Source: Enoplolaimus lenunculus (taxonomy: Eukaryota). From it: a DNA stretch of 64,000 nucleotides. The translations under genes were made by a program, and so were the position numbers. Every line of letters starts with the position of its first letter. Within the stretch, counting starts at the first letter, position 1. The stretch covers positions 186,001 through 250,000 of the forward strand of contig JASANG010001204.1 of NCBI GenBank assembly GCA_030248215.1. The letters are read 5' to 3'. The notes under the pieces were generated by a model that saw nothing but the letters and a program-made list of their open reading frames with translations, was not told where the DNA came from and made no database searches. Below are positions 52,929 through 64,000 of this stretch, one piece after another.

Positions 52929-55900
52929 TTATACATTATGCTTTCCGTTTGCTCCCGAACGAGTAAACGCAGCTAACGCTCTCAACGAAGCGTGCAACCG
53001 TGTTGATTTCCAACTTCTCCTTGGTGAGCGATCAGCGCGAGGCGATGATAGTCCACCACGCGTGATATCACCATATGACGCGATCTCTGCAAAGTTCGGG
53101 GACAAATGCTGAACAGCTTTATTTTGTTCCGTCTGATATTCCCTCGTTTTAGGTTTTCGCGGCGAGAATCGCGATCGCAATCCCCGGTGTGCGGGCCGAG
53201 CGACCGGCACAGCCAACAGACCGGTCACTTTTTCGCCAGAAGCATCCCGACCACCTGGTCCTCCATCTTCATCATCAATTCTACAGCCTTCGTCCCGTGT
53301 TTCGGTTTCAGGTTTTATATCGAGTTTGCGAACGATTTGAAGTAGTAGAAATTTTTGAGAATCGAGCGCAGTTTCGATATCGCGGTATCTGTTAACAAAC
53401 AAGAAATAAACTCTGTTCAAAATTGTAATAACTTGCAAGACATACCAGGAAATGCGATAATCAGCAATTAGCTTTAGAATGCAAATTCTCTCATGCTTAA
53501 ACCTTGTCACACAGGATAATTTTTTACTTCCTACATCTAATTTTAAAACAAGATACAAATTGTACGCTCAATCCTAAAAGGGATTTACCATGATCTCTAA
53601 GCTATACGAGCTTTACGATTGAGGCTAATGAGGTTCTCAAGTCTTGTGGAAATTTTGTACTAAGTATGCGCGGAAACAAGTACTTTTGATCAAATTGACG
53701 TTATAATACAAAATCAATTGCAAGCAGGTAAACCGGTATTTAAAGGTATTTTGAAATAAACATTTGTTTAACGGCTGATTCCGGCGTTGGTACTTTACGC
53801 CCCGATTGGGCCGTGCACTATATAATATACCTAGTGAACGTGTCCACAGTTCCGCTCGCGGCAGTTTTGGTTTTAAACCGGAGACAGTACGGAATAGAGG
53901 CCCTTTTGGAATTAGACAAAAAATGGCCCTATAGAGCTTGAAGCGTAAGTTTAATGGTGCTAATTTTATCACCGCATAGTCAGCTGTTCAAAAGTAATAG
54001 ACTAGTGATCTTAAAATTTCCGACTAAAAAAGTTTTGAATTTCAAACCAGAGACAATCCTGTCATAACTGTTTTAAACATTAATATCTTATGCGGGGTTC
54101 ACGTTATAACTGGGGCTGCACGGAACACGTTTGGTGCATGTTGATTCGACGTCAACGTAAAATTTTGTGATCTGAATAGTGGTTATGTAGAGAAAATGTG
54201 AATGTCACATAACATTGGCTTACAAGTCCCAGATCTCTAGAAATCATCGTACATAAACTGCCACATGTCATATGATACCGCGGGATACTTATGGGAATGT
54301 CATATGATATTTCGAAATTCTACAGAATATCACGTGATGTTATGCACAAATAATATAACGAAAAGTCAGATAATATAGCTTTAAGTGATTTCAAATACTG
54401 AATTAGCTTCTATTTTTTGTTTTGGGCGGAAATTTCATCTACTTATATTCCTAAGTACAAATAATTCAAACTTTACATTTTATTATCACATGATATCCTA
54501 GACATTCAGGCTAGTTTACCATAACCTTGCAGACCTTTTCAAACATGTCATATAATACTGACGGATAATATTTCGATATCATATGATATTGCAGTACAAA
54601 CGGTGAATGTCACATCATGATTGCAGACAATTCAAATTTTTTTAATTTGACAGCGGATTAACGTGCAGACAAAATTTTACCCACTATAAGGGACAAAACG
54701 TGTTCCAGGCTGCTTCTGTTATAACGTGAACCCCACATTATATACAAGATAATAATTACAAATTTATCAGACATATTCATAAATTGTAATCCGTAACTGC
54801 GTCAAATTTATGACTGAAATTCCATGGAATTCTAAGGATAGTTTGAGTTGAGCTGCGGTACGTTCGCCACAAAATAAATTTACGTCTTTTCAATATAGAG
54901 GTTATACATTTATGGAATTTGGTTGACCTACGCACTAGCTCCCTAGATCTACATTGGTGTATCGAGAGAACGTATATTTTTAAAACTTATCTCTTGAAGA
55001 TCACCAAAACTAAGTCTTCTATTTTAAACTTATGTGTCTTACAAAAATTGTAAAATACAGTTTCATTGACAAACGTTTAAGACCCATATTTCTGAAAAAT
55101 TTAAGCTAGTATTTGTAAAAAGTTTGGAATTCAAAGTCTGTCATTCAAAATGCATTCCACTTTAGTTTGCCATGCTGCGTCGATAGATATCAAAGTTTCA
55201 ATATTTTTTGACAAAAATTTTTTGGGGTCCCAAGTGTGAACCTTGGAACCTTAACACATCGAATTTTTCAAAAATTCAAATTTGGGCGTGAAATGATCGG
55301 GGCACGTCATGATAAGGTCAAATACGCAGAAATTTTCTCGAAATCCAACCATATTTTGGTAAACGCCGGTTGTGGGACGATAACCGAAAAGACCTATAAT
55401 TTTCTCCCTTAGAAAATTTTTCTCTAAAAATACAATTTTCATCCTCAAATATTTTTTGTGATAAAGCCTTAAAATTTTTCCATTTCAAAAATTTTTTGGC
55501 GATAAAATGATAATGTCCCTATCTTACAATTTTTATGCTTCAACCATACAGCCCTAAATGTATATGCGCTGGTGCCTACAGCCACAACTGGTCTGTATTA
55601 GCAGCAGTTATTTATTGTAAAAAACCGTTTCAGGCACCATTGAATAAAGACATTAGATTCTTGCCCTGCCCCTTTTGGCTATGCTGCTGACACAATAAAG
55701 TATCTGGTTTTAACTTAACTCGGAGCAAAAGTTAAATGGATTTCAAAATGATAACTTGAACATGGAATCTGATTCCGTGATCAGGCCATGATATGTGTGT
55801 GCACAGTTGTTACCTTCGTTTTAAATGATTCGATTCTTCCAGCAGACTGTTCAACAATGAACCAGTCACAGCAGTGCAATTTGATGGCTGCCGGGATTTG

Positions 55901-58900
55901 CTTAACGCATCAGGATCAGAAAATACTGTACCCCATGACCGCAATGACGAACAAAACTGAATAAAATTAAAACATAAATAAATACAAAGAAATGAAATAT
56001 GTATAGGTTATCCTTATTACAGCAAATTTATTAACCGTTTATGATCGTTGCCGATTTTGTACATATTCCGCTCCATGTAAGGATCAGGGGCGGAACATTT
56101 TTCTGTGGGACTACAATACAGTAAGCTTAAGCTTTAAACTAATTTTTTGTTTGGCTTAGGCTTAGGGTTAGGAATACGCTTATTCTTACGCTTACGCTTA
56201 GGCTTAGGCTTAGGAATATGCTTATAATACTTTTCCGCCCCTGTTCTTTACATTGACCAATATTCCCTATATGTTTTGGTTTTAGGTTTCGAAAAAGGTA
56301 TGTTATAACCTAAATCTAAACCTTTGCTACAGCCTTCGTCTAAGACTAAAGCTGGATGATTAGCTTTAAACTTTAATCTGGGTGAAGTGCACAAGAGTTC
56401 TCGTGGCAGTTCGATCGGAGCCATCAGTGATATTTATATTATCATTATTAAAAACCAGATTTGAATTCTGAAGTATCCAGCTGTGTAAGCAGGTGGTTAC
56501 TTAAAAGTCAATATCACATGCAATAAATTTCAAAATTTGATAATTTAGGAATTGTGAGCATACCAATTTTACTCTGTATAATTGATGCTGACTATAATTA
56601 TTATAGAGCTGGTTTGTAAATTTTATAAAATTTGCAAGCGTAAATGAATTAGTCGCTTATTTATCAACCATTAGTACAAAAAATACAGGGCTGAAGCAGC
56701 CACCCCACATTCCCCCGTTTGGGAGACCATACCCCTAAAGGGGCTCGTACCCTAACCGGTTGAAACAAAAGCCGCCGAAGTTTTTGGGGGCTCTCACTTT
56801 GAAGTTTGGGTGGAACTCCCACCCCTGTCTGCTCCGGCACTGAAAAAATAACAGCCAACAAACCTCTAATTGACATAAGGGGTAGCTAAAACCTTTTTAT
56901 CAAATTTCTTTAGTGAGTAAATATACAGTTATGCGTTCACTAATTTACAGTAATACACGTTTGAACCAGTTATTTGCCAGATAGGCAAATATAGGGTCCC
57001 CGCAAATCAAAGATGGTAAACTATTTCATCTTTGGGCATTCAACTTTCAGTTGTTTTGGATAATTAAAAGTAATTGAGTCGCCTTAAGTTTTTAGGCACA
57101 AATTCAGAAAGATTTGACAACTAATCAAGTCAGTGTAACATTATATTGGGTGCAAGCACGGTTCAACATTTTTTAATGTTTAAACAATACTATTTACGAA
57201 AGAATTTTTTAGCCTCACTTGCTTTCCTTTTGTAACAATACATTATCTTATTACAAATAAATGACTTGATTTTTGTGTAAATATTCTACCAAACGAACTT
57301 GGACAATATTACGAAAGAAAAACAATAGCTTTTCACATATGCAATATCTGTGATCTATCCTGTATATATTGTACTGATGCTTTCCGCTATGCAATGTTGT
57401 CATGGCTTTATGCAAGCGCAGGGATTTAGTTTGTGCAAGGATTATTTTTTTCTCGGAGGACCACGTCTGGTTATCAAAGCTAAAAAACAATGATAGGGCT
57501 AACAACTCTTGTTAGAATTTTGGTTATATCAACGCTACACTTCGCCGTATATCTTGCCTGTTAGGTTGACATAAAATTGTCCACCCAGGTCTGAAAACTG
57601 ACATTTTGTGGGGCCTATAGTTAGCGAAGCTGTGAGTAATGCTTCAACGGACGGCGAAAGCTGTTGCCGTACTCTCGACGCAGTGAGTAGCAAGGTGCCG
57701 TTGAGCTGAGTTACCTGATCAGAGCAACTAATTGGCTTCACCAATGCCCGTTAAAAGGGCAAATACACCACTTTTCTGTATTATATTCAACTTAACATGC
57801 AAGATAATTTGCTGGATTTAGTAATTTGAACAGCAAGGCAGAAACTTGTCAGTAAATTTTATATTACAAAAATTTGTCACAATTTTAGCTCGAAAGCCTT
57901 TCATGAAAACAGCTTCAAATTAGCACCTGCAGTGTTCGAGGTCATAATAATTCTACGGACATAATATAGCATTTAAAACGAGCGCATGAATTCGAGAGGC
58001 ATTCTAGCGTAAAATTAATTTCATAACAAAGTTAAAACACGTTCTTATGTATCTATAGCACATAATCCTTTGAAGATTGCCGCTAGCAAAATAGGAGTCA
58101 CCGTCCGAGGGCGGTGACAAAAAGAATCCGGCTAGCCTTTAACCAGCTACTTCTTACACGTATTAGAAGATTTCGCTCGGCTCTTCGATTCGGATAAAGT
58201 GTTAGTTCTTTACAGCAAAGACGATGCAGCAAACATTTTGGCAGTCGGCTTTCCAAGTTGGTGTGATATTCAACCTAAAACATTTCTTAACGATAAACAA
58301 ACAGTGGTACTTGAATGTGTAGTATTCTATAACCAACTTCAACAATACACTCATTAGCAATTGTCGATTTCACTCGTATACAGATTGGAACGCTTTGGCA
58401 TAAACGTTGCCTTTAAAGCATCGTGTCATATGCTAAACGTATGTATATGCCGAAAAAGTGACGCTCACAATAGTCTGTCTCAGATAACCACCAAGAAACT
58501 GCGGTAAAACAGCCATTTATAATGTCATTCGTCTGGGTTAAAGTCAAAATGCGCCTAGCAATTAGTTTTCAGTCATACATCAAACGGTTTATTTCAAAAC
58601 AGAACATACTCGCACAACTCCGCTTTTACAGGAATACATCAATCTTAGAATTTAAAACAAAAGAAACCGGATAAGATTACTGTGAACCTGGATAATGATG
58701 GTTCTATCGATAGACCTGTTGAAAGTAAAATATGTTTTATTGGCAGTATTTTATTTCAGGACTAATGTTGTTACTGACAACGGATTTACGTATTCTATTG
58801 TATGTATACAGTGCACAGTGTAATAGATTTGTATGCGTAAACGTTGGCATGTATATAATGTGTATTTATTGTGAGTGATATTATTCTGAGCTGAAGCAAC

Positions 58901-61900
58901 AGAAATTGCATCTGCTTCAAATTCAGCTTCAACACTGGTTGCAGTCAGCACGAGCAGCATCAAAATCTAATAAATCAGCGCAAAAGAATGGGAGGCGTGC
59001 GAACAACTTATATTTGCAGTTTTATGTGACGTTTTGCCGCTATTACGCAAGTTAGTTACTAATATTAATAAATTTGTGCAAAGTTGTTTTCCCGTTTTTA
59101 TACCCATTTGGAAAAAAACCGGAACACCGTTTTTTCGATCGCTTTCTTCCAGTCTTCAATTCTAGTGCAGTGTGACAGCCAGCTTGTACTATTTGCTATC
59201 CAAAGACAAATATAGTTATATTCAAAATTTTTGCAGATACAAAAGAAATGATTAAAGTTCGGTCGACGCTGAACATCGAGCTCAAGCCAACACTGTAAAT
59301 TTAAACGAGTTGATTAATCAATCCAGCATACGAGTTGGTTATTTCTGAATTAATATCAGTAAACATTAACAGTATTGAAAAAATGGGGGTTTTGCAACAG
59401 CCAAATCTACAGTGGCTGCTACGGTGTTTTACAGTATCGGAGTCTTAGTTTTACAGTACCGGTACCAGCTTTGTCTTTCTATTCCAGTTTAACATCAATA
59501 ATTGTTACGGTATTTTGTAGTACCTGCTCTAGATTTAAGGTAATTGTTACGGTATTTTGTAGTACCTGCTCTAGATTTAAGGTAATTGTTACGGTATTTT
59601 GTAGTACCTGCTCTAGATTTAAGGTAATTGTTACGGTATTTTGTAGTACCTGCTCTAGATTTAATGTACCGCCTGCGGTTTTACAATACCGGTTCCAATT
59701 TTACTGTAAAGGTACTAATCGTATTGTACAGTATCGGTACTTCGTTTAAACATTTCGGATTTAGCGTTATCTGTTCTAGTTTTGTGAATTTAATTCGATG
59801 TTGCCGAGTGTCGATGTTGATTTAATATATTTTATGGTAATATCGTAATCGGTAATACTATAAAATACCACGCAACAACAGATAACACTTGCAAACACGT
59901 TTGATAGCCCTTGAAACTTTGTGAACATTACTTCCGTTTTGGCACAACCATTTCTGTAACGATGGAGCGTAATACACACGGACGACTTTTACCTTTCATC
60001 TCAAACTCAGGGTTTATTTATATGCAATTATTTATGCATCAAATTCCAATTGGCATTTTGATAACATCTCATTAGGATGCGTGCTTTTTCTTTTACCTCT
60101 TATTGTAGATGAAGTATGCATTGCGGAGTAGATTTAATTTCAATAACTTGATAGTGTGTTAATAGATGATTGAAAATAATTGATAAACAAGGCTTATTGT
60201 AAATGACTGAAAAGGTTAGCTATGTACGATATGAGTTGGTAAAGAAACAAACAAGGAGCGTAGGTTTGATTTTTGACAGAATCTGCGTAGGGTGTGGGGT
60301 TTTTGTTTTACTTTTGCAAAGATAACAGTTAATAATATATTTAGGGTTTCGGTTTGATGTTGCTTTTAAGCTAACAGACATTGCAAAGCAATTCAAAATC
60401 TACGAATGGGTTAGAAAATGAAACAAAGAGTAATCGAACAACATATATGGGTGGGCATATAAACAAATAAACTTGTAATAACCGACCAAGTTTTATGAAG
60501 TTTCTGATTGGACTAATCAATAGCATTTCAAAATATATCAATTTTTTACCAATCATATTTGCGTTTGAGTTATTCTCAATTTCAACCTCGAAGTTTGCTT
60601 CAGATATAAAAATCAACGAATCAAAAATTGTTTTCTTTATCAAAATTTGACAAATCATGGTAGTTGAAACCAAAAATTTTTGTTATATAAACCAGCCATC
60701 TCATCAAAAATTCCACATCAATCTGATTTCCTCCGTCCTCTAAACAACCACCAAATCCCCTGTGAGCCCATTTGATTGTCTGGTCTAACGTGCGTGCTAC
60801 ACATGGTTCTTCTAATCAGTATCTCAACTCCATTACCAATTTTCAATATTCCGTCCTTCAATTATCCGCAATACGTCAACGTTCTAGTGTCTTCATATAT
60901 ATAGAAAACTGTTGCTGCAGTGCTGACCAAAAATCAACGTTTTCATTATTCATAACATAAACTACTAAATTCACCAAATTGTCGTTAGAAAAATTCATTA
61001 TGCAACCGTTTTCAAAATAGTACACTATGAAATGATTTAATTTTTCTTGTGAAGCTCTTTTTATACTTTCGTGTTTAAAATCTGACATCACTGTTGTTTG
61101 TAAATCCTGCATTCTGATTGGCTAACTAATATTTTCTATAAGCTTTGATGCTTGCTTTAAACCTGGTCGGTACATAAATTAAAATTATTTAGCACGTCTA
61201 CTTTAAGTTTAAAACTTTGCTTCACAACGCATAACACAGTTAACAATGGCTTTTCAACACGCAATACGCAACAAATTATTTCCCAGTGGTGATATAATGA
61301 AGCGGTATTTCAAGATGATACATCAACGCACAAAATTTCGCTCCGATATTTGTGCCGCTGTCTTTACCTAAAAATGCCTGACCTGCCATGGCAAATTTCA
61401 CCAACGTATTAAACAAATTCCTGCTTCAACCACCTATACAGCTACTGCTGACCAACACGCCAAAACTTTGGTACAGCAACAAAGAACTACTTTCCACAAA
61501 CAAAAATGTAAGCCACGTAAAAGACTCGAATTCAATTCACAAAACTAGAAGAGATAACGCAAAACCCGAAATGTTTAAACGAAGTACCGATACTGTACAA
61601 TACAAATAGTCCCTTTACTGTAAAATCGAAACCGGTACTGTACAACCTGAGGTGGTACATTTAAATGTAGAGCAGGTACTACAAAATACTGTAACAATGA
61701 GTGCTGTTAAACTGGAATAGACATAAAAAGCTGGTACCCGTACTGTACAAGTAGGACCCCGGTACTGTAAAATACCGTAACAGCCAATGTGGCTGTGGTT
61801 GTTGCAAAACCCCCTTTTCTCTACTAATAACTCACTCTGAGTTGAGTTGATTCTCACTCTGCTGGGTGAGTTGATTATCTCAAAATGAATTGAATCAACT

Positions 61901-63748
61901 CAACGTTCTGAGTACTGACAGTCGTAACTCAGACGGCGTGATTCAACTCATTCTGAGTTAAAATCAACTCACTGAAATTTATAGGGATGGTATTAACTTG
62001 TTTTTGTTTGAAATGATTTTAGTTAAACATTACTCGTACATATGAGTTTAAATACGCTCAAAACTTAACTATTTGTATTGTCACTAACCGTTCATATTGT
62101 TACCATGATTTAATAGATTCAAAATTAAGCGACAAACAATCATCAACCTAACACTGAAAATTATTCATTTATTACTTGCCAAGACTAATGTTTTACGGTT
62201 AGAAATGTGTGAAATATTAATTTAGCGCTACTGACACGAACCGTGAATTCCACATTTGTAATATACTGGTCTAAAAGACACAAAGACATATTGTTTAGTC
62301 GATTTTAATGTTCACAGAACACAATTTTGCAAATTTTGATTATTTGAGATCATCTTGCGAGATTTTATTGATATCCTTAGAGAAAAAAACTATTAGTTCA
62401 GCACTTTTAAGCCCTATTGGCACGTGCAAGTCTTTGCTGCGAGAACTTGCAGCTGTTAATTGCACGCAGAACTTGCATTTTTATCAGCCAACGAGAAAGC
62501 GGCTGCAATAAGTTCAGTGAACTTACATGGTTATTAACACATGTAAACTAAATCTTAGCTATGCTTTTTAATGATATATTTGCAGCTGTAAACTTTTTCG
62601 AACAGAATTTTGGACAAAACTTGCGCCTGCATGTTGTTGCAAGTGCAAGTTCACGCAGCAAAGGCTTGCACGTGTGAATAAGGCTTTATTGTGTTGAACC
62701 CAAATTTATAAAAAAAATTGTTTTACCTGCATTGCTAATTTCCTCAACTGCGCGTGTTGCCGAACCATTTCGATATCGCCAACTGCAAGACCGATCTAAA
62801 ACAAGTTTAATATTTTTAAATGAAATATCGCACAGTAAAAAACACACCTGGGGAGGGTTTCAATGCAAGATATTTAGTTTTTAGCATCAAGCTGTGAACA
62901 TGTGCAAAACACTTTTAAATTTATTAATCATATACTTTCAAGGAATCGTGCAACTTAGATCATAAGATCACATGAAAGTAACAAGCATATTTGCCTTTCT
63001 AATCTTCGTTGAAATACTGTAATGACCGGAATAAGAGGATCCCCATTTTGATTCCCAATCAATAAGAGTCCGTATCCATAATAAGAGTCCGTAAGCGAAT
63101 ATAAATCCCTAAACCCTAATTAGAGTCCTTTTATTGTAATGCATAAATGACTTCAGCACCAAATACGTTTGAGTTCGAAGCTTTAAAGGCTACTTAGTTT
63201 TGAAACAACAATCTTAAATATTACCTTGCGTTATCTCTCAAGGTTTTGATACATGATAAATAAACGTAATTCGACGGATAGTTACAATACCGAATATATC
63301 AGTAACGAAGAGCGGGTTGAAAATAAATAACAGTCCGCAACGGAATAACAGAGGGGGGTACCCTCTGGAGAGGCCAAATAAATATCAGTCTCTCCCTCTT
63401 ATTCTGGTGACTACAGTACTAAGAAATATACTTTTTTAAAACTTAAAAATGTTTGGCCTGAAAATGACTATGCGCGGTTTCAACTTTAGGCAAGTAATAA
63501 TCTATAAAATTATTATTGTTTTCACCATTTTGCCTTGCAAACGAACTCACCAGTAAATTTATAAACAATATTGGCATCAAAATGACAAATCCCAAAATGA
63601 ACAACAAAGTAACACCCGGAAACAGCAAAATATCGCCAGCAATGCCATGAAACGGATGTTGAAATATGCTCTCAAAATCCCAGTCACCCATCATCATAAG
63701 AACAGTTCGCGCAATTGAGACCAACGGTGCTAGGAATTCGTCTGCGAT
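52929..63748 (-). CDS. TRPA1: TRPA-family cation channel, last 5 exons (pore, S6, TRP-like helix, coiled coil, tail); 5' part lies beyond the window
   Basis: Phase-consistent exons 63748-63551, 62795-62727, 58274-58158, 55956-55814, 53388-52929. Pore SIARTVLMMMGD, S6 FVILMPILFINLLIGLAVGDI, then AQLRKLAMQVEYHTNLESRLP, LYPNR and ETETRDEG, all resembling TRPA1. Confidence 0.92.
54092..54737. mobile_element. MITE with atcatatgatat internal repeats in TRPA1 intron
   Basis: gcggggttcacgttataac / gttataacgtgaaccccac; related copy at ~42130-42737. Confidence 0.75.
56071..56258. mobile_element. MITE family B in TRPA1 intron
   Basis: ccatgtaaggatcaggggcggaa ... ttccgcccctgttctttacattg with (ttaggc)n core. 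Confidence 0.75.
56686..56842. mobile_element. Short hAT-like MITE
   Basis: aaaaaata|cagggctgaagcag ... ctgctccggcactg|aaaaaata. Confidence 0.75.
59385..61814. repeat. Large inverted repeat: arms 59385-59798 and 61526-61814 around a ~1.7-kb spacer
   Basis: gggggttttgcaac...cagtatcggtacttcgtttaaacatttcgg...ttctagttttgtgaatt is matched in reverse complement by 61526-61814. Confidence 0.85.
59499..59664. repeat. Tandem repeat, 42-bp unit x ~4
   Basis: Unit taattgttacggtattttgtagtacctgctctagatttaagg repeated essentially perfectly, with no spacers. Confidence 0.95.
63017..63416. mobile_element. MITE family A in TRPA1 intron
   Basis: ta|ctgtaatgaccggaataagagg ... cctcttattctggtgactacag|ta. Confidence 0.88.
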
Positions 63749-64000
63749 CTGTAAAATTTATAAACACCACGTTGCCAATTTACAAGCCGTTTGTAACTGT
63801 ATTATCGTAAGTAACTACATCACAGATATTGAATACATAGAAAACCGTGCAAAAGAACAAGTCTTTAAGAGTGACGCTATACTTTGTCAAATTTTTATGT
63901 CCTTCGGCGCAGTCTGTCGCCGTATGTCATCATGCACCGCTTGCGTACTTACGATCCATCCGTACAGTGACCGCCACCATAATTCACAATTTTTAGCTAG

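Noticed and set aside
57251..57505. Additional TRPA1 exon
   Set aside because: Its phase is incompatible with the flanking phase-0 junction 58158/55956 and it has no TRPA similarity.
59499..59664. CRISPR-like array or repeat protein (ORF 59375-59749)
   Set aside because: Units are contiguous with no unique spacers, no cas genes are present, and the ORF is only a by-product of a 42-bp tandem in a eukaryotic intron.

Overview
AT-rich, intron-rich animal genomic DNA, not prokaryotic; the ORF track is mostly noise and the genes had to be rebuilt from GT-AG splice sites with phase checks. Abundant internal TTAGGC repeats hint at a nematode, but this is unproven. Genes I can support: a 6-exon gamma-glutamyl hydrolase (+) with an unusual hydrophobic, GPI-signal-like C-terminal extension; a 4-exon mucin-like single-pass glycoprotein (-); a small secreted prepropeptide with a C-x6-C ring (-); a 7-exon TMEM65 (+); an 8-exon, highly divergent Cys-loop ligand-gated ion channel subunit (-); the probable 3' end of an unidentified GPI-type protein (-); and the last 5 exons of a TRPA-family channel (-) that runs off the right edge. 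Introns and spacers are packed with non-autonomous DNA transposons (MITEs) with TA, TAA, TTAA and 8-bp target duplications. These include nested insertions, a TTAA-flanked element carrying a tRNA-like segment, TTAGGC-filled elements and large foldback structures. I found no transposase, rRNA, intact tRNA or CRISPR. The best novelty candidates are the divergent Cys-loop channel, the orphan cyclic peptide precursor, the GPI-tailed GGH and the tRNA-carrying MITE. None can be confirmed as novel without database searches.
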